A stretch of DNA of 42,327 bases, from the NCBI RefSeq assembly GCF_006345805.1, contig NW_021835243.1:1-42327 (forward strand), written 5' to 3'. Shown here piece by piece: positions 23,741 to 36,329 of the stretch (its first letter is position 1; each line of letters opens with the position of its first letter). Origin of the DNA: Octopus sinensis (Eukaryota). The position numbers and the translations under genes were made by a program. The notes under the pieces were generated by a model. The model did not search any database, was not told the origin of the DNA, and was given only the letters and a program-made list of their open reading frames with translations.

Positions 23741-25039
23741 GTCGTTGAGCGAACCTTCAAGCCTTCGACTTCTCTTTTAGCTACTTATCCTAGCCTGCAT
23801 CTAACTTTGTTTTTTATATAAATTTGCGCACTTGGCACTTGGTTTTAATTATCTTATGCAGCGACCTGGATGGGAAACACACAGTCGGCGGATAGAGAGG
23901 AAAAATTTTGCTTTCGCAATTGACTTTTTAACAATTCTGAACAATCTATCGAGGAACACAAGGACTCCACTCAACGTGACTGATAAGACTATATCACCTG
24001 ATGTAACCCTATGCTCTTAATCCCTTCATTGACTATGAACTGGTCAGTCCTCTATGAAACGAGAAGCAACCACAAAATCAGATGCAAATAGCTAAGAGAA
24101 TAGTCGAGAAGCTCCGCGGTGAAAATGAAAAAGGGAAGCTTTCACCAAGAAAATTCCTGTTCCATACAATTATAATGCGGCAAACTGGTCATGGTTCCAG
24201 GAGATCTTGAATTCTAAATTAAAGAATTGCAATCTGAACAACTTTAGCTTTCTCAACAAAGTCATCGGCTTCTTTACGAAGACTATTTTGGAAGCAAGAG
24301 CAATGGCTATATCCAATCGCCAACCTCATGCTGCCGACCTGACCAAGGAAATAAATCCAACCATTGAACAAGGAATTGAAGACTAGTGAATACAGATACA
24401 TTTGTTTGAAATGAAATCGGATCCTTACAGCCGTGAACCGAAATCGTTCAACAGCAGAAGTATGGAAAGCAATTCGGCACGTGGCCAACGTAACAACAAA
24501 GCATATTCCTTTCAATATCATTATGGGAATCAAGAGCATTAATGCACCAATTGATGTAAAAATGGAAGCTCTTTAACCAGTTATTAGAGAAGATGCTGAG
24601 GGAGAAATTCAATTTTTGGAGGATTGCAACTATTCTCTTAGCTACTTGCATCTAATATTGTTTCTGATTTAAAAAAATTGTTGGAAATAAAGTAACTGAT
24701 AATGAAAATACTACGAACAATTTGTTATCAAAATACGATAAAATAACGAAAGCAGCAGAAAAAATGAAAAACAAGCAAAAATGGAAATTCGACCAAAATG
24801 ACATTGAGGTTGTGTATAACGTGTTATTATACGGATTAAGGTCAGGGATAAACTTGTATTTAATAATTCTTTATTTTTGAAACTATTATTGATTAGAAAC
24901 CTATGCCAGAGGCAAATAGCTGGGTAATCTAATATCTGATATTAATCTAATTGGTCCTGGGTTTAATTCCCAGGGGCTGCCTGTGCCAAAAGCTCCGATT
25001 AGGTTTGAAAACTGACACCGTCATGACATCTAATCACAC

Positions 25040-26317
25040 AGATTCCAAAAATACGTTGCTGTGATGATTGGATGGTTAAATTTCCCTAAAACAACATACC
25101 TGACATTGTTTAAGTCGAAAGAATCTCCTCTTAAGAAGAACATGATTACTAAGATATGGCCGATAAGCCTAATATGCTCCGTCTCTAAAATTATGGAACG
25201 GATTGTCTTCACAAGACTTTCGAACTTCGTAGAGGAATCAGGTGCACTTGCAGTAGAGCAGTGGGGATTCCGACGAAAAAGATCCTGTGGTGATTGTTTC
25301 GGAGAACTCGAGAAAGTCATCTCGCTTAGTCTTGCTAATAATACAGCGACTATTGCTATCTGCCTCGATGTCTCAAAAGCTTTTGACAGCGTATGGCACC
25401 TGGGCCTCTTGGAAAGTGTCGCCAAGAGCAAACCCGGGTCTAAAACGGTCAATTGGCTGAAGAGCTATTTATCAATGAGAAGGTCATACATACGATGCGG
25501 AAACCGTTTGTCGGAATCTGTCGATCTCAAAAGAGGGGTACCTCAAGGCTCGGTCTTGAGCCCCCTGCTTTTTAATATTTACGTTGCTGATATTCCAAAA
25601 CCGAAAGATCCTACCAGTCGTCTCATGATCTACGCGGACGACATATTAATAACGGATCCTTCGTGGAGAAAAGACATCTCGTGGAGGAAGTTAAAAGGAT
25701 ACGTGACAAGAGTGGAAGAATGGTGCATATCAAAAGGACTGACGCTTGCAAAAGAAAAGTGCACCGCCACTTGGATTGCAAAACAGGGAGCAAAACGAAA
25801 ACCGCCGAGAAACCTCTATGGGTTTACAGTAACGGAGAACCTGAAATACCTTGGGGTTGAAGTTGGATCCAAGGGTTCTTACTTCAGATACATCGACTCG
25901 AGGAGAAGGAAATGCGCTCAAATTCTCAGGAGCATAATTCACTTCCACCTTTCCCCGGAAACGTTTTTATATGTTTATAAAACGTGCGTCGAACCATTGC
26001 TTACCTACGGGTTCGAGGGATGGTATCCTACTGCTGAAAGGGATGGCATTATCGCTAAGCTCGAAAAGACGAGGCGATATGCCATCAAATTGGCAAATGG
26101 ACTCCAGTTGGACCAACCCATCCCTCAAGTGATGGAAGACGCGACGGAAACGGTTGGAAGTGTTCTTGAGAGAGCCTTTTCTTCTCGAATTAAATATTAA
26201 AAAAAAAAAAAAAAAAAGAGGGAAACAACGAAGAAGAGGCATACGTTGTCTCATTAACTTTCTCCCTCTTTTTTCGGCTTTTCCGTTAATAAAAATTCAT
26301 TCATTCATTCATTCATT
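25040..26317 (+). mobile_element. 5'-truncated L2/CR1-group-like LINE; intact RT ORF 25061-26200
   Basis: PISLI.SVSKIMER, QWGFR, LDVSKAFDSV, GVPQGSVLSPLLF, YADD and KYLGV motifs; 3' stem-loop and (ATTC)5 tail at 26295-26317. Confidence 0.9.
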
Positions 26318-26469
26318 ACTAAGATATGCGACGATGGACTTGAATAATTTGATTCAAAAAGAAAATTTCCTTTTGTTTCAGATTTATTAATATTTCTTTT
26401 ATATTGTTTATCCTTAAATTTTATATTCAAAATAGCGCGCTGTTTTTACATTTTTGTTTGATACCTAAG

Positions 26470-26690
26470 ATGTCTTCTGGCTCAAATAAGAAAGGTCGTC
26501 ATTATCAAAACGAATATTTAAAATATGGGTTTATTCAAAGTACTGAAGATACAAAACGGCCTTATTATCTTATTTGTCAATATTCTTTCTCAAATGAGGC
26601 GATGAAGCCATCACGATTATAGGATCATTTAAAACGCAAGCACCTGGATAAAATGTCAAGGCCGATTGAATAATTTCAAACTTTAAAATA
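26470..26690 (+). mobile_element. hAT ZBED5/SCAND3-like N-terminal BED-finger fragment
   Basis: RHYQNEYLKYGF..IC..FSNEAMKPSRL..HL..KH. Confidence 0.75.
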
Positions 26691-26769
26691 AGCAAACGAT
26701 CAAATCGCTACAGTCGGACCTCGGTTTGAAATATAAAATATGAATTATAATGCTTCCACTTGTCTGACT

Positions 26770-28190
26770 TTTTGCTCACTTAGTTATCCAAAGCGACTGT
26801 GAATTAACAGGACTGTTTCTTGCCTCCAAATATGCAGTTGTCGGCCGGGAAAATCTGACCATTGAGTTACTGAAGGACGCACAAAGGAAACTCTTGCTTA
26901 ACCGAATCAACTGTAAATCACTACACTCGGTGATGTTCAAATGTATGGAGGAATCAGATGTCGACAGATCTACTTCTTCGCAATGGCTATCGAAAGGGAA
27001 CAATGGTCCACAAAGCGAAGCATTGTACTGTCTTTTGCAAGATAGGAATTTGTTCTTTGCATACACGGGATCACTCTGCGTCCATTGCAAAAAGCAGGCA
27101 GACTGTTGACCATCTGGCCACGCAGTGTGGTAGGATGCTAAACAGTGACACAACGAAGAGTATTCATCTTCACTTGTGTCGAATGTATGGAATTAAACGA
27201 AGCAGGAAATTGAAAGGACATTCGGGTGTGTCAACAATGTCGACCCAAAATGTCGAAATCAGAGTTGACACGTCAATTATGACTGAAACGAAAGTCCAAT
27301 TCAATAAACCTGATATTTTCGTTTATGACAAAAGGAAAAGAGAAATCCATAATCCTCGTGCGCGTTGTTGTAGTTGCTCTTGTTGCTATTTCTTATATTG
27401 CTGTTCATTCTTATATTGTATATTGTTCTTTCTGATATCCTTGTATTCTATCTTATATTCTTGTACTCATTGTTATATTCTTGAATTCTTGTATTCTCAT
27501 CTATCTATGATCCCATCTCGTATTCAATCGTTTCAAACATTCGAATGCTTAATCTGCTCAACAAATAACACTCGCAAGAAGGCGAGAAAGTGCTTTGACT
27601 GTCAGAGAGATGTGCACCTATCTTGTGCCGGCTTAACAAAGTTATCATCTGCAGCCCTCGCAATCTGGAAATGTCCAACGTGTCTCAGTGCTTGTCCCCT
27701 AAAACCAGTACCCCTTCAAAATCCCCCACTTCCGTCTCGTCCGGTTGTTTGTGACATCCCCTTCGAAGATTTGTTATCCTCTGTTGCCGGTCTGCGCCGC
27801 GCACGGAAGATATGCATAAAAATTTCGAAAGCAGCTCGGATTGCCGTCGCCGACTCGCTCACGAAGACCACTGTAAACGCCCTCGATTCTGACCAGCCTG
27901 CCGATTGCTGATATTATTTTGCTTTGTTCCATGGCAATTGGCACACCCTTCAGGGAACCTAATTCGAAGCAGCGCGGTTCACTGACTTCGCAATTAAAGG
28001 AAAATTTCATCGAAGTGGGAGTTACCTCGCAAGACCGTTTAAATCAAGTTGAAGTTGAGAAATTTCACAAATACGACCTGCTTGCAAACGAACTGTTGGT
28101 TCTCGATGAAGCAAAAGTGAAGATTATTCCAATTGTCTTGACACGGGATGGAGTTATCTCAAAGTTCTTTAAAAGTCATATGGACAAGTT
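26770..28190 (+). mobile_element. R4/Dong-like fragment, interrupted at about 27347-28004 by a CRE 5' segment
   Basis: SSQWLSKGNNGPQSEA, DHLATQC and NKPDIFVYDKRKREI | FIEVGVTSQD..EKFHKYDLLANEL. Confidence 0.85.
27347..28004 (+). mobile_element. 5' region of a probable CRE-like element with an N-terminal PHD finger
   Basis: Repetitive 5' UTR; ATG 27507; C4HC3 finger CLIC/CFDC/HLSC/CPTC (27546-27683); KISKAARIAVA segment recalled from pre-RT regions of CRE-like ORFs. Confidence 0.6.
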
Positions 28191-31100
28191 ATCCAATCAA
28201 CTTGCGGAGCTGGCATGTCGTGAGGACACTCAGTTGAATAAAATCATTGACGCAGAAATAGAAAATGAAAGGAAGTTTATGGAAAACTCTTCTTCCAAGC
28301 GAAAGAGAAATCACTGAAGATCTGGATTTTTAATTGGATAATTTAAAATAGAATTGACATATTGATGAAAAGTTGAAGTTGAAATAAAATTAATCGGAAA
28401 TTAAAAATTAAGATTTTTCACTGTAAAATTTAGAGCAATTGAATCAAATTTTGATAAAAATAAAACAAAAGAAAATAAAGTCGATAAATTATAAAATATC
28501 AATAAAAATCAATGTATATAATAGAAAGGAAAAGATATCAGTTAAAAAGATGCATTCAATTGAAATTAAATTATAAAAAAATGGACACATTAACTTGTAA
28601 AATAACTTTTATCAAGATATTCTACATGTACCAAATATTTAATCTTCAATTAAATGCAAAATATTATTTAAAAAAATGTTGAATAACAAATAATAATCAA
28701 CCGAATTCTTTTTTTTCGTAATTAAAAAGTAACCACATCAACTGTCGAAAATAGAACACGCTGATGAAAATAATGATTCAATATTTATACTTTTTAATTA
28801 TTTAAAAAATAATATTTATAGAAAATATATAGTTAAAGTTTAATCATTGATTATGTAACTTAATCAGAAAACTTTTAAAATAAAAACTAAAAAATCTAGG
28901 TTCGAATTAACTTGGTCTATCAGCCTTGATCACTGCTTACTGACCTATTCTGGCGATTGGCTTTGTGCTGTCCCTTTGACATACGCCGGATCTTTCGTTG
29001 ATGACAAATCCGACAGATCACGATTTGCCTCCTTCTGTGTCTTTAAGTAAGCAGGCCTTCTTTTCCTCGATGCGAGAAAGCTATCGACTATAAGAAACTT
29101 GATCCTCTCTTTTGCAAACTGATTGTGGGTAGATTACTTTGTTATTCCCCACGACATTATCAGAGGAGCCTTGATTCAATGGCGTTTGTTCTATTCTGGG
29201 TCTCAATCACGGAACTGGAACACTCTTTTCCATTTTGGAAAAGTCAATGTAAGGCCTGCGATATCACCCGGAGATTTTTTGTGACTTATTAATAAAATTA
29301 ATTTACCTCATAATAACATCGAAATCATGTATCCTGTGGGATAAATGGAGAATTTTTTTGCTTCAGACAGTTTATTCAGTCGTTTGAATAAAATCTATGG
29401 CTATGGAAATAAAACTGATAATTATTATCTATAAATAATGATTTTTATAACTTTTCGGAGTAATAAATCTGTTTCAATTTTTGGACAAAACCTCAGCTTT
29501 TGGAACACTTAGTGCTCGAAATCCGAGTGTATTAATCCAGGTCTGAGGCGTTTTATAAATGACCTTTAACCTAACCAAGTGACATTATTTAAAAGCCTAA
29601 GTAATGATTTCAGCAAATTGCTGTTTGATCAGATTAATTAGAGAAGTACAAGAAGAAAGACCAACCGTACTGATCCTGAGTTCGTTCACGCTTGTTTGAA
29701 TTGACTTGATCAGTACAAGCAATCAACAACATTTGTGGGGCAATAATTCAGTTTGTTGGTTAGGTCCTCACACACACCCACTCGTAGTGGCCAAGTGACT
29801 GGGTCACGTACTTTGGACAGCAAACACTTTTCTACTGAACGCATCTGTTGGCAGTAGTCGCTCATTTCTTGTCGTAATTTCGGTTCTCGATTGCCATTAT
29901 CCGGGGAAACAGTTTGGCAATCCGCCAGGCTACATAGATATCATAAACATAATACTAACTAAATTATCTGATTGTAACCTCAAATTGTAATTTCCTCAAT
30001 TGTGCACAAAACTTGTGACAATTATAACGTCATACTTTATTGTGTTGTGTAATCAAATGGAAAATATCACCTGTAGGGATATCCCCGCTGTGAGTTAGTT
30101 GGAATTAGTCGTCCTTTAATGAGGTCAGCAGTGCCTCCAAGACCAACCACAGTTTTCGGTAATCATTGGCCTGAATAGAGCACGAATGTTGGCCTAATTC
30201 ATCGACATAACAGAAATACTCCATGAGATGGAGACTGTCTGTCCACTTGGGAATCTCAGCGTGGTTTAAAGGAGTGTATCCTCGATGCGGTGATCTTTAT
30301 TTGATTATTTGGAATATTTTTTATGAAGCCACCCAAATCAAGTATTTTGGCTGATTTGAAAGTGACTTTGAGATATCCTTCGAACATGTCGGGGATGTCA
30401 AAACGCATCATGTGCAGAGGCAAATGAAATCTTTTTAAAATGTGCATTTGACCAGCAAATAGATGCACAATTAATACTTTGGTCAACTTTGAAAAAGAAA
30501 AACAAGTCGACTGCCAGTGTGGACTGCAGGTCTGTCCAATCTCCACTAAACTCGACCACAAAAGTGTAATTTTTGGCTATTTTAATCTCATTAAATCTCT
30601 CAATTTTGGAGGTGCAGATATAAACAGCAGTCTTTGAGGCTCTAGGACGGCCAGACACGTCTGGTCATCGTTCCTGTCCAAAATAAACATAAAACAAATG
30701 ACTGAGTGAAAGTCCCGCTCAACAATTGCAAAATCAACCGCTTTATAAAGAGTTCGAGATTTGCTTCGGCCCTATCGCTATCATGTTTGGAGAGTATAAT
30801 CTAAGCACGCCTTGGATACTCCCGACAGCGAGGATGTCTCATGTGGTTAAGAAAGAGTACCGTTTGTGGAGGATTTGAAGTTGAGCAATGCCATCGTGTC
30901 CTTTGTGAACTGTTCGTCGGACGCTACTTTCGAACGCCAAAAAAATTTGATTGAAAGAGCCACATTTATTGAAATAGCCCTGTAGAAACTGAATTTTAAT
31001 TTTGTCTATGTTCTCTTTGTTTTTATATAGATTTAAGTTTTTAACAAACGTCCATCTTGATTGAATTCTTATGTTTCTGATTTAGTGAATATTGCATCAC

Positions 31101-31274
31101 TGATTTACAAATTAAGCTAATTAGATTATCCTAAGAAAAGCTCTCTTATTAACTGCTGGTGATCTGTAGTCAGCGATAGATCAAAGACCGCTCGGAAAGT
31201 ATACTGACAGCGTCAGCCAAATTTTTGTGTTCGTGATAGACATCGAAAGAATAGTCACCAAATATCACACGGCC

Positions 31275-33385
31275 AGTCAATTGCTACAGCTCTTTAAATT
31301 GATTAAGCATATTTTTGCCGCTTCATCTCCGGTTCCCTCCCCGATTTTGCTCGTTATATTTTCTTTTCCGCCAACCTTACTGCCCTCGGGAAAAAGGACA
31401 ACGGCGTGAGGCCCATCGCCGTGGGCAATATTTTCCGGAGGCTCTCCGCTAAACTTCTGTGTCGAGCCATTGTTCCCTGCTTGTCCTCGAAGTTTCTGCC
31501 TGTCCAACTCGGGGTCGGCGTTCCTAACGGCTGCGAAGCTGCTGTCCACTCAATTCGTGACTTAACTGAATCATTGAGGAGTTTATTATGGTCAAATTGG
31601 ACGTTTCCAACGCATTCAATTCCATCAGGCGGGACCACCTTCTGGAGTGCTGTCGTGAATTAGTCCCTTTCGCCTATCCCCTTGTGCATCTCTCTTATGC
31701 TTGCTCAAGTATCCTTATGTTCAACGATATACCTATTTATTCGGCCACCGGGGTCCAGCAGGGAGATCCCCTGGGTCCTGTCCTTTTTGCCTTGGGCGTT
31801 AACAGTATCGCTCACTTTGTTCGATCCCCAGTTAACATATGGTATCTGGATGACGCAACCATTTCCGGTCCCCCCGATGCTGTTTTTGACGACCTTCGTG
31901 TTATCCTCCCTTCCCTCTCGGACATCGGCCTATCTATAAACGCCGATAAATCCAAAATCGTGAACATTGCCTTAAATCCGAGTGACTTCACTGCTTCAAT
32001 TTCCACGTGCCGAGGCATTCTCTCAGACGTCCGGATTACGGACAAATCAAATCTTACGATCCTCGGTGCCCCCATGGGGCCTTCTGCCCTCGAATGCTCA
32101 CTCGCTGGAAAAATTTCACACTTATCCAAAATGATCGACAAGCTTAAAGTCATCGAGCCTCATGTGGCTTTTTTCCTCCTCCGAAACCACTTTTCCGTCC
32201 CTAAGATCCTTTACACCCTAAGATGTGCACCCTGCTTTCAAAGAGGCGACCTTCTTTCCGACCTTGACAATATCCTCAGCCTCGGTACGAGCTCTCTTTG
32301 CAATCTGGCTTTCGACGATCCAGGCTGGACTCAGGCATCCCTGCCTGTGCGCTGGGGCGGCCTTGGCTTGAGATCCTATTCCGATCTTGCCCTCCCGCAT
32401 TCCTATCCGCTCATCACGCTTCTCGTACTCTCTCAGACATCGTTCTTAGAAACCTCCCCGAACGGAAATTGTCCGAAGTTTACTCTGCAGCCCGTGGTCG
32501 GTGGGAGGCTCGGTTTGGTTCGAAGCTGCCCAACTCTCAATCTGTACAGCGTCAATGGGACGAAATCTCTTGTCAGGCAATCTTCGAAGGCCTGCTTCCT
32601 GTCTCCAATCAACACCGTGTCGCTTGCCTCCGTGCAGGTCGCTGTGAAGGCAGCGGTGTCTGGTTAAAGGCTCTCCCTCTCCCTTCCATCGGGAACCTGT
32701 TGGACAAGGAATGCCTAAGAATTGCAATCTCCCTCCGTGTCGGGCTGAAAATCTGCCAGACGCACAAATGCCGTTGTGGGGGAACTGTTGACGAGTACGG
32801 TTTGCATCCCCTCGCTTGCCGGCGGAGTGCAGGTTGTGCCCCCCGTCACAGTGAACTCAACTCAGTCATACAGAGAGCCCTCGCTTCAGCAGGCATCCCG
32901 TCAATCCTTGAACCTGTTGGATTGGATAGAGGGGATGGCAAACGCCCTGACGGCATGTCCACCTTCCCCTACGAGCAGGGGAAATCCCTTATTTGGGATT
33001 CTACCTGCTCGGACACGTTCTCGCTGGGAAATCTCGCTCTGTCCGCCGCCAATCCTGGGCACGCTTCCAGCCAGGCCGAGGAGCGAAAGATTCTCAAGTA
33101 CGGCCACCTCTCCAACTCGCTGCTCTTTACTCCAATTGCCGTGGAGTCCTCCGGGATCTTCGGTCCCAAGACACTCCGCTTCCTTCGCTCGCTCGGTCGA
33201 CGGATTTCAAGGACTAGTCACGATCCAAGAGAGTATTCTTGGCTCCTGGAACGTCTGTCGATTGCTGTGATCCGAGGGAACGGCTTCGCCATTCGCGAGG
33301 CTGGTCGGGTGTCTCGTGAGGCCTTTAATTAACTTAGCTATCTTTAATTTCTTTCTTGCTTTCAGAACATAAAAAAAAATAAAAA
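31275..33385 (+). mobile_element. Largest CRE-clade copy (RT plus RLE, frameshifted)
   Basis: RPIAVG, KLDVSNAFNS, GVQQGDPLGP, WYLDD, LP.R.GGLG, CCHC, RPDG and PIAVESSG; A-rich tail at about 33371-33385. Confidence 0.92.
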
Positions 33386-33439
33386 ATTTTGGACAAATAA
33401 TCCCATTTGTATTGATTGGTTACGACATGTGAATAATGC

Positions 33440-33650
33440 CATTAACGGGTCAGGAATCGCTGCAGTTGATCGGATGACTTATTTGGGTGTGCTGTTCAAC
33501 CCGTCCGGTAAGTTTGATGATCACATTGCACGTACGAAAATGCATGCAATGCAGCGACTAGGCACGTTGCGTGCTTTCCGCCTGCGAAGAAGTGCCTGGC
33601 TACGCGTGTTTAACGCCATGGTGTTACCCGTGTTGACCTATGGCAGGGAT
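33440..33650 (+). mobile_element. LINE RT C-terminal fragment
   Basis: TYLGVLF..FDDHI..FNAMVLPVLTYG. Confidence 0.7.
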
Positions 33651-34059
33651 GGCAAAACACTGGCACTTTATTATTATTATTATTAGAACCAAGATCACCG
33701 TCCAAAACATAAAACTAATTAATCAGGTGATCCCGGCTTCTCTGAGGAGGGTCCTCAACTTTGCCCGGTGCTCCTCCTTTGTCCCGGCACAATTTCTGTG
33801 AGGGCGCGGTGGTGGTGTTTTAGGCCCTGTAGCCCCGAGGTTTCTTTTCTGGCACATTTTGAATTTCTTTTTTAAATTATTAAAATATGATAGGATATTA
33901 ATTCTTTTATTTAATTTTAACACTTTGTTTTATTTAAATAGTATTATAATAATTTTTAATAAGGTTAACCCTCCTACAGTTTATTACGCTACACGTTACA
34001 TTATTAAATGTCAGTTCTTAAGCATACTGTTATTAAAAAATCAAAGCAAGCTAAATCAA

Positions 34060-34280
34060 ATGGCAGAACATTTCAAAATTCATGGATTAAAGAATATGGA
34101 TTGCTGAACACAGGTTAATATTTTATTTTTAGGAGACAAAGCTTTATGTGTGTTGTGCTCCGGCCAAATTGCTTGCCGAATATCTTCTATAAAACGCCAT
34201 TTTAGAACTATTCACAAATCATTATCTGAGAAAACTAAGGATGAACAAAGAGAAACAATTGCATTTCAGTTAAAAAAACT
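34060..34280 (+). mobile_element. hAT (SPIN/GTF2IRD2-like) N-terminal fragment with a 19-nt intron
   Basis: Removing 34114-34132 gives FQNSWIKEYGLLNTGDKALCVLC..CRISSIKRHFRTIH. Confidence 0.7.
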
Positions 34281-34303
34281 CTTAACAATCAGAATAACTC
34301 AGA

Positions 34304-34419
34304 ACAGAAATAAATCCATCAACGATCAGGAAATTAGGAGTACGCTAAGCGTGTTTAGACAAACAAGAATGCCTATAGCGTACTCCTAATTTCCGGATCG
34401 TTGATGGATTTATTTCTGT
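34304..34419. repeat. Near-perfect inverted repeat: 44-bp arms (43/44) and a 28-nt spacer
   Basis: 34304-34347 vs 34376-34419. Confidence 0.95.
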
Positions 34420-35017
34420 AGTCGAATATTTATCATCTCGAGAGGAACGGAAGACTAGGGAAGGTTTATTTGGCAAATTTTCCGACAATTGCCTCATTTT
34501 AATATTATCGAATATTTAATGATTGCCTTGTGCCTGATGAGAATTTGTTAGTTTCTTTATGTCATCTTCACTATTTAAATCTCAAATCTCTTTTATTCAC
34601 AATTTGTAATTTATTTCTTTTTTGGTCAAAATATTGGAGACTGCACTAAATACCCTTTCAACTATATGTTCATGCAGCAGGAAATGGAACGCTGATGGAA
34701 TTTCGAGCACTATTATTACAAAATCTGTTAGAATATTCTATGACAAATCTAACTCGTGAGAAAATACGGAATTTTTACAGAAATGCAGAAAAAATCATTG
34801 CAAATTGTTCGATTGGGATTCCACAATACTGTAAAACTTTTTGGCCGAGAACATTTTTGGCCCTTGAAAATATCTTGATCATTATCCGACATTTAATTTT
34901 ATATATTCGATTTTTATCGGTATTTATCCTATTAGATTAGTTTTTTATTTATAAATGTTATCATGGCAAACCTTAATTTCTAGCGTGATATTTAGCATGA
35001 ATGATTATTTTGTTGCA

Positions 35018-35420
35018 ATGGCTTCTTACAAGGGTTTTGTAAAAGATTGCGTTGAATATCAAATTTTAAAAAATGCTTTACATGATAAATCTCCCGAAAA
35101 TCTTCCAAGGCACCGAAAATATAGACTTATAAAGAAAATGGAGAATTTCACCATTATCAATGACAGGTACTGTAAATTTGTAATAAATTTACAGACTTTA
35201 TCTTAAATCTAGTGATCCCAAGTTAGTCATATCCCTCGATGATGAAACCGAAATGGAGCTTGTGGCGAAATCATTACATGAGTTTTCACACGGAGGAGTA
35301 ATAAAATTGAATATGAATGTCGACAAAGATATTTCAGTCAAGAATGACATTATCAGAAAATTTATTCGAAATTGTGAAGTTTGCAAATTTTCGCGACTTT
35401 TAAAAGTTGACCAGACTAAA
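35018..35420 (+). mobile_element. Second Ginger2-like integrase N-terminus with a 28-nt intron
   Basis: Removing 35167-35194 gives ..IINDRLYLK..LHEFSHGG..RNCEVC (HHCC). Confidence 0.65.
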
Positions 35421-36329
35421 AAATAGTTACCAAAATTTTACTCTTTACCAGAATTTATAAAGAGCCTGGAAGTCAGCTCAAAGTCGCCGCAGTGCGTATC
35501 GAGTGGCAGTTTCCGCGGAGCACCGCGACCGAGATTCGCTGGAAGAGCCAGCTGTCTCCCTCCGGTCGTTTCCATCAATTAAATTAATTGAAGTTAATCT
35601 TAATTCAATCGGCGGCCAGACATTTATAATGACCACGCACCAGTCCACCTTGTACATATGTACTTGCAGATGTTTTCCGCAACAGCCTGTGGCAATACTC
35701 ACACCGATCACGGTCAAATTTAAGTTCCCGAAAATAATTCTTTACGAATGCTGTATTCCAATCTTTCTCATCAAAATTCGACATTATCACAAAGAAGAAG
35801 CTAGTAAATATTTTATTTACTCTTTTAAATTTTTAATAGAATATAATAAAAATTAATATAATAAATAAATTATTGTAAATTCTAATACAGTTCTAATTTT
35901 GTTAATTTCTATTAAACATGTTAATTTCGTATGTCCTACAATTGTTGGATTTTTAGCATACATCTGGCCGCTCTACAACGACAAATCTGTCTCTTAAGTT
36001 ATGAGTATAGAATGAAAACACATCCTTCTTTTGATATACCAAAGGTCTTGGATTTTTTTTTCAAAATAGAAGCTTTGACAGTGATTTTTGCTTATTTGTT
36101 GTCTGTGTTCCCGTCCTAGATCACTTAATTTAGTTCAAATAGAAGATCTAAGGAAATAGTCCTACTTTATATACGTTAGAATTTTATCAAAAAATAAATT
36201 CGTTGGGACCATTAAATTTGTCTTGGAATGTGCTGGATTACATTTATCTATCACTTTAACTGGAATTTCAATAAATCAACCCAACAATAATTTATATATT
36301 TTACATTCAGACCGATATATATTAATGAG

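Noticed and set aside
24219-24651. GPCR-like relic (SAVERF)
   Set aside because: Single short motif with no supportable multi-TM pattern.
24910-24982. tRNA or tRNA-derived SINE head; U2-like TAATATCTGATA
   Set aside because: There is a T-arm-like hairpin (24957-24973) but no convincing D or anticodon arms and an imperfect acceptor stem. The U2 match is only 12 nt.
26958-27911. 317-aa ORF as a novel multidomain gene
   Set aside because: It is a chance read-through across an R4/Dong fragment, a 5' UTR and the PHD segment.
29491-29548. Nested hairpin as an ncRNA
   Set aside because: Short stems (6, 4 and 5 bp) are expected by chance and no family motif is present.
30256-30658. CUB plus F5/8C (neuropilin-like) relic
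   Set aside because: Only a weak KITAS resemblance; key Cys and Trp residues are not recognisable.
34534-34570. Hammerhead ribozyme core CTGATGA
   Set aside because: No suitably placed GAAA or stems.
34520-34880. MULE transposase relic (LCHLHY)
   Set aside because: One weak motif and no DDE pattern recovered.
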